Assembly (NCBI GenBank): GCA_002269645.1
Contig: NIVC01002632.1
Location: 1-64,000, forward strand
DNA from: Macrostomum lignano
Taxonomy: Eukaryota
Direction of reading: 5' to 3'
DNA: 64,000 nucleotides
Shown piece by piece: positions 51,301-63,839 of this stretch (positions are counted from its first letter, which is position 1; every line of letters starts with the position of its first letter). The notes below the pieces were generated by a model. The model was not told where the DNA came from and did no database searches. It saw only the letters and a program-made list of their open reading frames with translations. The translations under genes and the position numbers were made by a program.

Positions 51301-54300
51301 TGATCATGTCCATGTTGTCAAATTCAAATCAGGACGCAGGTTTTCTGCGAAGTTTTTGTAGTTTAAAACAAAATATTTTAGAGGGTGTAAACTACTGTGC
51401 GTACAGCTAAGTTTCTAGTTTCTATACCTTAACTAGAACGCACAGATGGCAGTTGGGCGCCATAGGCACTCATTTGGCTTCCTATAGCAAAATTATATGA
51501 TTTCCATAACGTTTCACAAGGTGCGGGACAAGCATTGGCATGTCTCCCCATAGCTTTTACTGTAGGGGACATGTCCCCTGTCCCCCAGTGGCGACGCCCG
51601 TACATGAACATGTAAATTTATACTTAAATTTAATTTATGCCCATGCTCTGAAGCAAATTTCATGATGCAGATCATGTAGGAGTGAGTTTGTCGGTAAGGG
51701 AGGCTATTCATATGCGATTCAAACCCACGGACAAACTTTCATTAAGCACAGAGTGCACATATGTACTGACGATTATAAAGCCAGGGCCTCTTGCACACTG
51801 TTTATATACATTTATGAGAGCAAGCACGTTGTACATACCCCGTAGCAATCCGACGTCCAAACGTTGGAATGTTTGACAGTAGTATCTGTTGCCCTTGTAC
51901 ATGTACATGACATTGTACGAGCATATATAGTGCTCAGGAGTCATCGAGGAATGGGCAGAATATATGTATTTCGCTTCAGCTGTTGTTCTGGGACGATTTC
52001 GCTGAAGGCGTAGCAACGGGGTACTACATGTCGACCCTCCTGCACACGTAAGTATTATTGATGGGTTTCGACCTTTCGGCCCCCTTGTGGGGAAGCCTTC
52101 GGGCCTCAGGTCTCAGAAATAAATCAATTAGAGTCCTGGCCCCCCACTCCTGTCAGATGGTCAGCCCCATGGTAGCTTGGTCGTGTGGCGAGCAGCCTAG
52201 GTCCTATAGCTAAGAGAGGGACAGCGAGAGACAAGCAGGGAGAATTTTGAAGGTAGAAATTAGTTAATCCGCAGATTAGCTAACTTGCTGCCACCAGCCC
52301 GTGCGTCCTGGCTCACCACACCGGGACTCTCAAAATTGGGCTTCCGACTAGAAGGAAGGGGCTTTGCACTTACCTGCCAACTAGTGTCTTTTTGCTGTCA
52401 ATCTCGAAGTCATAGCCGATGATAAGGGACACTGCTGGGACTAGATCGCATTGGCCATGCAGGTACAGATTGGGACTTGTGCAGGGGATTCTTGCAGTGG
52501 CGAGACTATGGGGTAGCTACATGACTATAACATTGCTAAATACGAAGAATTGTACTTTTGGCCTTCAACGCGCCAACCAGCCTCTCCTAGCGCTGATGAT
52601 AGGCTAACTCGAACATCAGAGACCGCATGATTCATCACCCGAGCCGCTTGGCTAACCTAGAGTGCACAGAGTACATCTCTGGAGCCGTTTCTGCACTATT
52701 GGCAAATTCGCTAACTGATTTGATAGATTGATCGACTGAGAACTGCCTTGCCATTGGTCCACTGTGACCGGCGCCTACTAGCTTAGCTACTCATCTGAGC
52801 CATCGGCGAACAAAGAAAAAAACCGATAAAAATAACTGGTAGATTTAACCTTCTCCTTAAATCACTTCACACTTCAGATTGAATTGGAGCTTCAGACTAC
52901 TAGCAGTATTATTGAATGACTTCTGCCTCGATTACAGCACTACTGAACAAAACGAGCAAAAGTGTGCGCCTAATTCAGCTACTGCAACAGGGGACAGATA
53001 AGGAATCACCCAATCAAGCAAGTCTAGGCAGCCTCTCACCCAACCAATCAGAAACTCAACAGCCGGAGACCAGGTAATCCACAGTGACCGAATCGGCTTA
53101 GTGCTTCGCAGCTGTAGGCCCGGGATGATGCTGATGTCACAATCTTCGCTGATAGCTAGCAGGTGATGCTCTTCACTTTGATGTTCACTACTGATGACCG
53201 GGGGGATTCGTCCTTGATGATGATGGGGGGAAGTCGCAATCCATGGATCAAGAAACGACGGTCAATTCCTGGTCGGTGGAGTAGGAACCATGCCAGAGTC
53301 GGAACAGGTTGAGGTCCGAGCGGGCCAAAAACACCGGTTTAAATAGCCGCCAACTGGACCGCAGTTTGTTATAATGGAACACGTCGATTCTGATTGGCTG
53401 AGCCGTTTTGTTAAAATGAGCGCCGAATTTTCTGATTGGCTAAGCTTGTTGCTACCCAGAATCACGTGACCGGGAGATCCTATCAGTTCCCACAGGGTCG
53501 TAAAAAGATGACAGGTGCGGCCATAAATCACTCAAAATCGCAACAAAATGATTTATGACTTTTCGCGTAGAATTGACAGAAATTAATGAAAAAATATACA
53601 TTAGAAAGCTCTTATTAAATAGAAAGTGAAGATAATGAAGAGAAATTGCTAATCGCTAATCCCAAGGTACTTTTAGGGGTAAAACGCATAGCTGTCAAAG
53701 CTGTCACACGCTTGAGTGAACACGAACAATAGGCTCTGACCTCATAAATCTTGATGGCCTGTCAAAATGATGAGAAAAAAGCTACCGCCCGCATCCTCTC
53801 AGACCATCTGGCGCCAGCCTCAACACTGAGTGAGGCGCAGGTGGCTGTCAGACCAGCTTCGAAAGCGATGATTTATGACCCAAAAAGCTGCGCCTATGTT
53901 ATTATGACTACTAGTATGACCAAACATAATATCTAGTATAGATTCTATGACAATTCGCAGAAAAAGGATAAAAATGCCCATTGCCCACTGTTAGTAGGCT
54001 AGTAAGTTTAGAGCCCATGTGCTAGCGCGGGATTTGGAAAAAAATGCGTCCTCATCATTATCATTAGTAATTTAGTTGCATCAGCTGACACACTAATAGC
54101 TGCGTTGAAAGCCATGCCATTTTGCACTCCTTGTAAAAATTAATGTAACAGCCGTAGCCAAATAAAATTGCAGCGAAAATTCAGGACTTATATATATAAA
54201 GCACGAGCGTATACTTGATCGACTTTGGCTGCGGATGCAGCTGAGGGGCGTCGCCTCTCATTTCGTTATCCCGTAACGACAACACGATATATAGCTGTGG

Positions 54301-54613
54301 TGCTGGGGTCGTTGCACAGGGAGATCCGACGACTCTGCTTTTTGTTTCATTTACAGAGGCTCTTTTAATTTTAACAACAAGCGTATAAAAGGACACCAAT
54401 ACACAGCAATCTGAAGTCAGGGACCTGGCCGACGTTCCCGAAGTCTGCCAACGTCGATGAAAATTATGTGCCTTTATATTACAACGTCTGAAAACGAAGT
54501 CATAGCTTCGGCTTACACGTAGGTGTAATGTAAATGTACATGTCTCTTTATCGACGTCCATTTTTTTATTTTTAGATGCAGGACATGTACGATTGTGTGC
54601 CCAATTTGTGTAC

Positions 54614-54815
54614 GCTTTCCAAAAGCAAGGACGAGGTGGAGGTCGCCAACTGTCTGCGCGACGCTGCCAACTGCTACATTAAGGTCGACGAAAGATGCGC
54701 CATCATGGCTATGGAAGCCGCAGCGATCATCGAGTCGGAGCAGGGCAAGTTCCAATAATATTCGGCCGAGCTGCACAAGAAAATTGCTGAGCTTGCGTTG
54801 TCTCTATCGCAAAAG
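54614..54815 (+). pseudogene. Fragment duplicate of the alpha-SNAP-like gene (KSKDEVE..IAELALS) with in-frame TAA
   Basis: Near-identical to ~57375-57570; TTC CAA TAA TAT where the gene has TTC CAA TAT. Confidence 0.85.
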
Positions 54816-55491
54816 CTGTCAGAGCTGTCAAACGCTTGAGAAAACACGAACAATAGACCCTGACCTCATAAATCTGATGGAATGTCCAAAATGATGAGAA
54901 AAAACTAACCGCACGCGTTCTCTCAGACCATCTGGCGCCAGCTTCAACACTGAGTGATTGATTTGGATTGGATTGTTGGATTGATTGCAAAAGAATTCAT
55001 TGATTGTAATCAACACGCCAGAACACGCCAGAAATTCGCTGAACTTGCTTGGATGGAATGTGTGACCGCTTAGTTTTGTATTTATTGCATACACAAAAGC
55101 GTAATGGAGTGCTCCAAGGGCACACGTACAGTATAGTTATTTAGTGACTTCTTTATCTTAAAATTATACAAACAAAAAACCTATCTGTCAAAGAATCATG
55201 GTTGAGTAGCGTCAAATAATGTTCCGTAATATGTGAGAGAATTGTTATAAGGTTCAAAAGGGTAGAAACCTAAAGATATTCTTAGTTAAAGTAAAATTGA
55301 AATGAAAAATTTAGAATTTGGAATAAAATCCGCCAGATATTACGGTAGCTACATAACCGCGATAAAAGACTGAAAGTATCTAATAATTTAGTAAATATAC
55401 GAGTAATTCGTGCATATTAATTATAAGAAACGGAAAAATCTATGTCAATGTTAATAGATAATAATTGTTTTTAAGTCAGTCGAATTTATCC

Positions 55492-56427
55492 TTAATTTTT
55501 TATGCCTGCAGCCGCAATTTGCGCCTTTAGTCGCGCGATTTCGTCGTCCTTTTCGTTAAGTTCAGATTTCTGCTGGTCAATTGTATTCTGCCGTTCTACT
55601 AGCTGCACGTCCTGCAAATTAATTTTGTTTTTCATCTGCGTCCAGTGTGCATACATTTGCATTACATGTTTGATGACATCGATCATCTCTTTGGTCAGTT
55701 TGATTGGACCTCCTTCGACGCGGTCCTTGATCCTGTCTATGGAACCCACTACCTGGTTCAGATCCTGATGGGCTTTCTTAAACCGCCCAGCCAGGGTTTT
55801 CAGTCGATGAGCCTCTTGGTACCTCGCATCATTTGCAGCCACATCGGCTTGAAAATCCGAGCTTAACGTGATCAGGCCAAAGGTACAGATCCTTTTAGCC
55901 CACAAGCCAGCGCTATTCCACTTGGCCTGCGACTCCAACTCTGACGCCTCACGCTTCAACCGCTCCTCTTCTCGTTTAGCCTCGTTCGACGCCATCTCCG
56001 CAAGGTCACGAGCTTCGCCGATGCTTTCCAAGAAGTTGTTCAATTCTTTTTCGAATTCTTCACACAGTTGAAGAAGTTTATTAAAGTTTGTCTCCATCAT
56101 GTCGATTTCCTCACTGGTAATTGTCTTGTTTTCTGCCATCTCTTTAAAAGCTTTGACGCACGTGGCATGCTTTTCGCCCATTGTTACGGCAAACTTACAC
56201 AAGTTATCGGCGCAATTGATGCTCTTGCCCAGGGCTCTCAAAAGCTGTCGCAGATAGGGGCCTTGAAATTCAATTTTCTCGGACTCTTTTCTAGTACTCT
56301 CAAGGCTCTCTTTTACTCCAGCCATTTCTGATGCTAGTTTGTTGATGGTAGCGCTGGCATTCAATGTCTTTCCTATGCTTTCTAGGTCATCACCCAGCTT
56401 TTCGTCGTCGTTTCTAGATGTCGCCAT
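55492..56427 (-). CDS. Unknown all-alpha coiled-coil protein (~311 aa) with a central hydrophobic segment
   Basis: Uninterrupted frame in AT-rich surroundings, heptad-rich; TTTTCAG acceptor 5 nt upstream of the ATG at 56427. Confidence 0.75.
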   Translation of the reverse strand: MATSRNDDEKLGDDLESIGKTLNASATINKLASEMAGVKESLESTRKESEKIEFQGPYLRQLLRALGKSINCADNLCKFAVTMGEKHATCVKAFKEMAENKTITSEEIDMMETNFNKLLQLCEEFEKELNNFLESIGEARDLAEMASNEAKREEERLKREASELESQAKWNSAGLWAKRICTFGLITLSSDFQADVAANDARYQEAHRLKTLAGRFKKAHQDLNQVVGSIDRIKDRVEGGPIKLTKEMIDVIKHVMQMYAHWTQMKNKINLQDVQLVERQNTIDQQKSELNEKDDEIARLKAQIAAAGIKN

Positions 56428-57261
56428 GTCCACTGAAAAGTAAAATTAGTAAAAAGTAAAAAAGGTACGATTAGGACGGTAATAGTCTCAAAGTGTTTTT
56501 GCTGAACTATTTCTTCCAATATTTAATACTGAATTTTTTCTCCACTTCTAACCTGTAAATAAATAATGCAAATACTGTAGCTATTTACCTTATTCGAACG
56601 AAAGTCACAACAAAATTAATTAACTTATTTAATGTGGTCTCTGAAGCAATGAGCTCTCTTACGATAATGCATTTATATGTATAGTTCTACTTTATTGATG
56701 ATGTATACAAAAGCACGTACGTTGACTAACCTTTTCCAATATCGACTATTGTCGATGACAATTTAGTATATAGTATCTTCTGTCTGGCAAATATCACGCC
56801 AAAAACTGAAGAAGCACAGGGCAAACTGCAATTTAAGCTAAATGCCGAGTTCAGTGGCTAATGTATAAATGCAGAATTAAATGGTGTACGTCGTAGCTAC
56901 ATTGCGAATTTAATGCAAAAAAGGAACGTCGATAACAAATGCTCAATCGATTTGCAAGCAGCACTCGAACTTCTCCTTCTCGAACAAATTATTGTGCACA
57001 TGGGAAACTACGCATTTTATCTTTTTTCTTGCTGCGCAAATCGAGTGTATTACGCTCATATTGCTGTGAAAATTTATAGACGCATTTAAGTCTACACAGA
57101 CGCTTCTGCCTGTGAGAGGGATTTTAACTCTGAATTTCAGTTTATTCGTCGCAGCATAAGGTGAGCAATACGTATAAGATTGAAGTCAGCCACTTGATGT
57201 AAATTATGGTTATTTTTTAACCCGCACCAATTTTTATTGACTGTCTTACTCGTTTTCAGCC

Positions 57262-58125
57262 ATGGCAAGCTGGTTCTCAAAAAGTCCCGAGAAGTTGGTG
57301 CAATCAGCGAACAAGCTGAAGCAGCAGCAACAATGGCTCCAAGCCGGCGACGAGTTTTGTGAAGCAGCGGTGCTTTATAAAAGCAAGGACGAGGTGGAGG
57401 TCGCCAACTGTCTGCGCGACGCTGCCAACTGCTACATTAAGGTCGACGAAAGATACGCCATCATGGCTATGGAAGCCGCAGCCATCATCGAGTCGGAGCA
57501 GGGCAAGTTCCAATATTCGGCCGAGCTGCACAAGAATATTGCTGAGCTTGCGTTGTCTCTGGATCGCAAGAAGCCTCGCATCGACAACTGGCTGAGCATC
57601 GGAGGAGCTCTGGATATGAAGAGTAAGAGTCGGTTTGGACAGTTTGGTCAGTCCTCTAGATCAATGTCTGCCACCAGACTGGCTGTCCAACACTTGGAAA
57701 AGGCTGCCACCTACTTCAACAGCGAAGGAGGTCCGGCCAACGAGGCCGACTGTTTCGCCCAGATGGCCGAACTGTTGGCCGACTCTGGTGACCTGGTAGA
57801 AGCGGCCGAGATCTACGACAAGCTTGTTGAGCTGGCTTGGAAGCACGAGTTTCTCGCCCTCGGTGCCAAGACCTACGCGTTTCGCGCCTGCCTGTGCCGA
57901 CTTGCGGCCGGCCTCGAGCTCCGCATGGACGAGATGGAGAAGCGGTGCCCTTCGCTGACCGGCTCCGATGAGTGCACTCTGGTAAAGAGTCTGGACGAGG
58001 CCTGCGACTCTGCCACTGTCGATGCGGCGATCCGACAGTTCGGCAGACTCAACCAGGCGGACGAGTGGACCAAGAGGAGGCTGGATGCAGTGCGTGGAAA
58101 ACGAGCCGGACCCAGACTAGCTTAG
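57262..58125 (+). CDS. Divergent alpha-SNAP (NSF attachment protein) paralog, single coding exon, 287 aa
   Basis: Aligns by eye to alpha-SNAP: AGDEFCEAA, ANCLRDAANCYIK, AELHKNIAE, AKTYAFRACLC, SDECTLVKSL, DEWT. 5' UTR intron 57161-57259. Confidence 0.85.
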   Translation: MASWFSKSPEKLVQSANKLKQQQQWLQAGDEFCEAAVLYKSKDEVEVANCLRDAANCYIKVDERYAIMAMEAAAIIESEQGKFQYSAELHKNIAELALSLDRKKPRIDNWLSIGGALDMKSKSRFGQFGQSSRSMSATRLAVQHLEKAATYFNSEGGPANEADCFAQMAELLADSGDLVEAAEIYDKLVELAWKHEFLALGAKTYAFRACLCRLAAGLELRMDEMEKRCPSLTGSDECTLVKSLDEACDSATVDAAIRQFGRLNQADEWTKRRLDAVRGKRAGPRLA

Positions 58126-59619
58126 GACTGAATGAGCCGAGAATGCTCGAAGTTACTAATGAAACCCTTGACCATGTGCTTCTTCACTTTAACTAATTCT
58201 ACTCTGTTTAATCGTATACCTATTCGGACAGAATTGCCTCCAATCCCAGCACAATAAAACCTTGCAGTTTACTACTAGGCGCAACATCTTGCAATTCCGG
58301 CGATGGAATGACTTACAAAATTTGCTTTAAAATCAGATTATGATTTAGATTCAGTATCAGATTCAAATACTTTTCACTGCCTGAGTTTCAAGCCTAAACT
58401 TTGAATTGAATGCAATTGAATGAATTGAACTTATCGTGACGGCAGTCATTGCTCTCCAGTCTGCAGAGTTTCCACTTATTGCATAAAATTACTTATGCAA
58501 TACGCGTACAACAAAGAAAGTTTCGAGTGTACCGAGACAAAGTCAATTAGCTCGTAACATATAATTGCTTAGTTCCCGTTCTTGTAGTACACAGAGAACA
58601 GAAAGCACATATTTTTTCATATTTATTGAATCAGCACTAAGCAAAATTAGAAGCTCCCCTTCCTACAACCATACCATATCAAACAAGTACAGCAACGCTG
58701 ACGCACTCTGACGACACTTGGTTGTTTTTCGGAGCTGCTTGGTTCTCGGGACAGCTGTTCGGACAGCGACTACTCAATGTTAAAAGCTATGTTCGAAAAA
58801 TTTAACTATACAAGCATTATATTTGTAGAAATACGTCGCATAGAGGCGTTAAATAAGCTACCGTAGCAAATATTTAGGCGATAATGAAGGCTGAAAATAC
58901 GTATCAATTAGACACAAAGATCATTAGTAGACACTACTACAAATCATTAGACGTTACTACAGGTCCGTGGACAACAAGTACAGTTTATTAGACATTTTTA
59001 CAATACTTATGCAGTAAAGTCGGTTCAGACTACAGATACTGAATTCAGTAGATAGGCCACTCAGGCATATATACTTAGTAAAACAACTTTCTACTTTCAG
59101 TTCAGTAGCAAAGAAGAATACATAAGCTATTTTATAAAAATAAAGGCAGCTGAAGTGATTTTGATAAGTTTAGAAGCCCAAGCTTGCAGACGTAAACAAC
59201 TTGCTAATTGGTTTAGCAATAATGTACATTAGCCAGTCCAATGAAATGTACATGGCAGCTTTAGGCTGGAATTCCGAGAAGGGCAATAAAAATTGGGACG
59301 GGGGTAGTGTGGAAAGGCGATTGGGTTATTTAAGCTGGGGTTAAGAGCCAAGAAAAGCGCCTTGGCTTTATCAATACATTAAAAATGCTTTTTTAACTTA
59401 CATGTACTACTGAACTGAAAGTACTTTACACGCAAATGTTCTTAGTGGCCCATCCAGTTATTCTAGTGTCGCTGGTTCAGACCCATTTTAGTATTGACTA
59501 GCAATCTTCGCCCCCCGTTGGGGGACATCTGTATAGAATCTCTGCTCTCTACAAGTAACAAAAAGATAGCCAAATCAAGCATTCACAAAGAAAACAGACA
59601 AAATACTTAAATGAAGTGC

Positions 59620-60135
59620 AATGCAAAAAGAAATCATCCCAAGACAGCAAGCATCCCCCAGATAGCAAGCATCCCCCAGATTGCAAGCATCCCCGGATAG
59701 CAAGCATCCCCCAGATAGCAAGCATCCCCCAGATAGCAAGCATCCCCCAGATAGCAAGCATCCCCCAGATAGCAAGCATCCCCCCAGATAGCAAGCATCC
59801 CCCAGATAGCAAGCATCCCCCAGATAGCAAGCATCCCCCAGATAGCAAGCATCCCCCAGATAGATAGCATCCCCCAGATAGATAGCATCCCCCAGATAGA
59901 TAGCATCCCCCAGATAGATAGCATCCCCCAGATAGCAAGCATCCCCCAGATAGCAAGCATCCCCCAAATAGCAAGCATCCTCCCAGATAGCAAGCATCCC
60001 GCAGATAGATAGCATCCCCCAAATAGCAAGCATCCCCCAGATAGCAAGCATCCCCAAATAGCAAGCATCCCCCAGATAGCAAGCATCCCCCAGATAGATA
60101 GCTATATATAGATATAGATAGATAGATAGATATAG
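59620..60135. repeat. ~18-bp minisatellite (AGATAGCAAGCATCCCCC) grading into GATA-like microsatellite
   Basis: Tandem periodicity with variable C-run length. Confidence 0.93.
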
Positions 60136-62124
60136 AGCCCGCGCAGCTGCTGGTGGAAATATACTCACACGACACGGGCCTTAGTATAAGGATGGTAATC
60201 GAATGTCATTTAGGAACTATCGTAGGAACTATTAGGAATAAGACTTAGGTTTTAGGTTAGGGAATTAGAGAATTGCACTGTTATCAGAGCGTGCTGGAGT
60301 GTAGCAGTTGTGGACAGTTGCACTCTTACAAAAAGCCACAAGCGCTCGAGTACGGCAGTGCAAAGGGCGAGTGCAGGCCACCCTAAAAGTCTGCTTCCAC
60401 TTTAAAGGGGTTGTTTACTCGTATGTGGGGTGGGGTTCAACTACATTTTTAAACAGAGACATTTCAGAAGTCGCACGAGAGAGGGAGACCGTGAAAATCG
60501 GCCGGAATTGCGACGTGGGAAGACGTGGGAAGTGACAACGCAGACAGTTTCACAGGGACTTCATCGGGAAAATTAACTATAAATAAGCGAGGGGTTAAAT
60601 GTCTAATCTTTACTCTTTCTCTCTACGAGCTACTAACTTCTTGCTTAAACAACTAGTTTTCAAATCGTGCCGATTGCTTCTGCAGACACCTGTGAACGAA
60701 GGGTAAGACTGAGCTCTGCCATGACTACTGATTTATTAATATTAGCATATTGGTCTCAGACCAAGTAGATAGGCATAAGATATATACACGAGCGTATAAT
60801 AGATTAATAAGAGCATTGGAGTAGCTTGTTATACCGTAGCGTCTCAGACTTATATTCTCCCTGCTTGTAGCTCGCTTATTCGCTTACTTACTTATTTATA
60901 CAAACGTCAAAAACACAGTTATTAAATATAATTATATGGTTAATCGGAAAATACCATCTAAGCGTATTCTACCTCGTTTGAGTTTTTATTATACACATAT
61001 GTAAGTCTAGTTAGCGGCCGGCTAGAGCTTTATACTTGCCAAGACTTGAGTAGTATCTGAGATTCATCTAGACAGTTTAAGTTTCAATTTTATTATTTTA
61101 CTGACGTTCGAAGTACAAAATCTAAATGAAATTAATTATCCGTCTATCTACATATATCTGCTCAAACTGTTGAATTGATGAAATAGACAGGTGGGTTAAT
61201 CTAGGCTTAAATTCACCCAAGCTCAAGGGTAGCGCGCTACATCCTTATCTCCTCTATTTTCCCTTTCAAGGCACAAGACTTGCTCACATAGAATGGGTGG
61301 GATTTGTATAGAAAGAAAGCTTTTGTCCTACTAATTCTATAGTCTTAATTTTCGTAATCCTGTATCTTAAGACTTTCATCATTAGTAGCCTAAGGAGCCG
61401 TCATGCGGAATCCATAGATACTTTTTAATTATAGAGTGCGAGAACTGCTTTTCTACAAGTATGAGCAGTCTGTCTCGACTAGAAGTATGCAGCATTCCTA
61501 ATTAGGACAAATTCGGTCGCACGGATAATATAATAGGACACGAGGAAAAGGCGTTCCCTTCTATTCCCTTATATACAACAGGCTAGAGAATAGTACTCGT
61601 AGAAATATATATTTGAAGTAGCGGAAGTATCAATCTCATGCCCAAACAAAAGTTCAAGCTGATTTTTTGGTACCAAGCTGATTTCGTTGCATTCTGGCTT
61701 GTGTCGTGTCTTTGATCATTCGAGGACCACTGTTGTAAAACAGGACATAAAACTCTAAAGATCGTGTAGTTTTTAGAGAGGAATGGAAACCGCATGTTAC
61801 TCTGTTGTATGATTGTCCGTTAAAGTCTCATTTTCATACTTTTTATTTTATAAACTCAATGTTGCAAATACTCACAAGTGGCATTGGCGATTTCATTAGA
61901 AAATTTCACGCACTTTCACGGAGATTTTTTCTATCTCCGCAGTTGTATTTTTCCCAGGAAATTGGCCTCCAAAAATCGTTTGATCTTAGAGTATTGTGTC
62001 CTGTTATTACTAAACTGGTCCTTGGATGCATTTTGCTAGTGTCCTCATTGTATCGCATTTTTACACTCATTGTTTCGCAGTTTGACGATCATTATTTACA
62101 TTTTTAATGCAGAACAATATACTA

Positions 62125-62658
62125 CTGGTTTTTGCATGCTAAGTGAGACATTTTTTAAAGCTAAGTGAGAACCATATTGAAAACAAAGGCTGGGCTATGG
62201 CAAATCAACTGCGTCTAACAAGCAACGAGGATAGAGAGCACCTGGTCAATGCCGTCGAAGATGGTTACTCAATTTCGACTGCGTCCAAAATCCTTAATCT
62301 GAACAAGAAGACGGCCTATCGATATGGAGTCGCTACGCAGCTACTGGTGAATTCCATGCGTTGCAACGCGGTGGCCGCAAGCCGGGGTCAACAAAAATGG
62401 ATGCTGAAATGCGGAACGCCGTTGAGCAGATAGTTGAGCAAAATATATAGTTTCTGACAGTACATCATTTTGTAATTTCGTAAAACCACCCCTTGTTTTC
62501 AATATGGTTCGCACTTAGCTTGAAAAAAATGTCTCACTTTACTTGCAAGGCGCGCCCAAAAAGCTGGGCTGCAGCGAGGGGTGGCCATAGACAATAGTGT
62601 TTTTGCTATTCAGTCTCAGATTGCTTGAAAAATGTCTCACTTAGCATGCAAAAACCAA
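62125..62658 (+). mobile_element. Internally deleted Tc1/mariner-superfamily element retaining an N-terminal HTH fragment
   Basis: TA-flanked ~33-bp TIRs (T)GGTTTTTGCATGCTAAGTGAGACATTTTT; HTH-like DREHLVNAVEDGYSISTASKILNLNKKTAY; extra partial TIR copy near 62515-62545. Confidence 0.7.
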
Positions 62659-63839
62659 TAGCTATTAAAATGAACTAAATAGTAGGCCTAAAGCTTTAAA
62701 AATCGCAGAATAAACAAAATATCGAATATTCTCCATCCTTTTGTCAATACATAAAGTGTGAATGCCCTCTGACTAGTTTTGTTTATAAGTGCAAGCAACT
62801 TGCACAGAATTACAAATGTTTGATGTCTTTGAATAACATCAAATCCAATGGTATAGGGCGTCGACATAATAAGTCATTTTTAAACGAGAGATGCAACTCT
62901 TTATATAATAAAATCAAATAAGTATGCATTATAAAAGAGTAAAATGGCGTATATGTGCTACACCAGTCGATAATCTCTTGCGACGATTATAAAACATGTA
63001 AACAACTTATATTTCGGCTTATACAGACGATGACGGAAATTGGCCTTCACTGAATTTTCACGAAAGTTGAGTCCTGCGTCCTATGTTACTTTAGTCGTCC
63101 TTGGGGCGACATTGTCCTACAATCAACTGTCTTCAAACTTTCAGTGTTTGTATTCTCAAATAAAGAAACAAATAAATCATATTGTACAGAAATAGCAACA
63201 CGAACGACAATTCGTATTTTGTGGTTCTCAAATTCAAATATTCAAACGAAGCTCTGATTTGATGAAGCAAAATGGAGCCAGACGAAATCAGCGGTTAATT
63301 AGTGCAAACTGTGCGCGGGACAGTACACACGTACTTTTGTGTTCACGCAGATTCGGCTCACGAAATCTCGTTGCATTCGTTAATGAGCTGATGGAATAGC
63401 CTGCTTGCATGTTGGCCTTCTGCCAGCTCGAAATTAAGCTTAGCTATCGCAACCGGAGAAAGAAGAGAGTTGAGAAGTACTGAAGCGTCGTATCCGTATG
63501 TTTGCTCTCTTCTCCGAGAGCCAGTAACAGGATATAGCAGCACTGAAAATCCGGTTGTAAACAGGTACACTAGCAGGCAGGTCGGCAAAAATTAAAATCA
63601 GTTTTTTGTTCCTTTGAAGCTCCGTATAAGTCAGCATTTCAGGTTTATAAGTCTCTCTTCATGTGTGCTTAAGAGGACAATACTTGGTCAGCCGTATATA
63701 CCGTTATAAGTTGCTATTGAGTAAAGATTCTCTTAGAGGCAAATCTCTGCGTAAGGGAATCTGCCAAACTCCGATGAAAATTCACAATAGGAAGCTGGCC
63801 GGCTCAAGGTTTATGTCGCTTATCAGGTCTCTTTCTTTT

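Noticed and set aside
51350-53600. Possible MITE end (GGGACATGTCCCC..GGCGACGCCC) and several CCAAT/ATTGG boxes
   Set aside because: No matching opposite terminus or TSD was found and no gene is clearly linked; the motifs are too short to support a call.
57624-57660. GTAAGA...CTCTAG as an intron removing the SNAP insertion
   Set aside because: 37 nt is not a multiple of three and would break the downstream SNAP-homologous frame.
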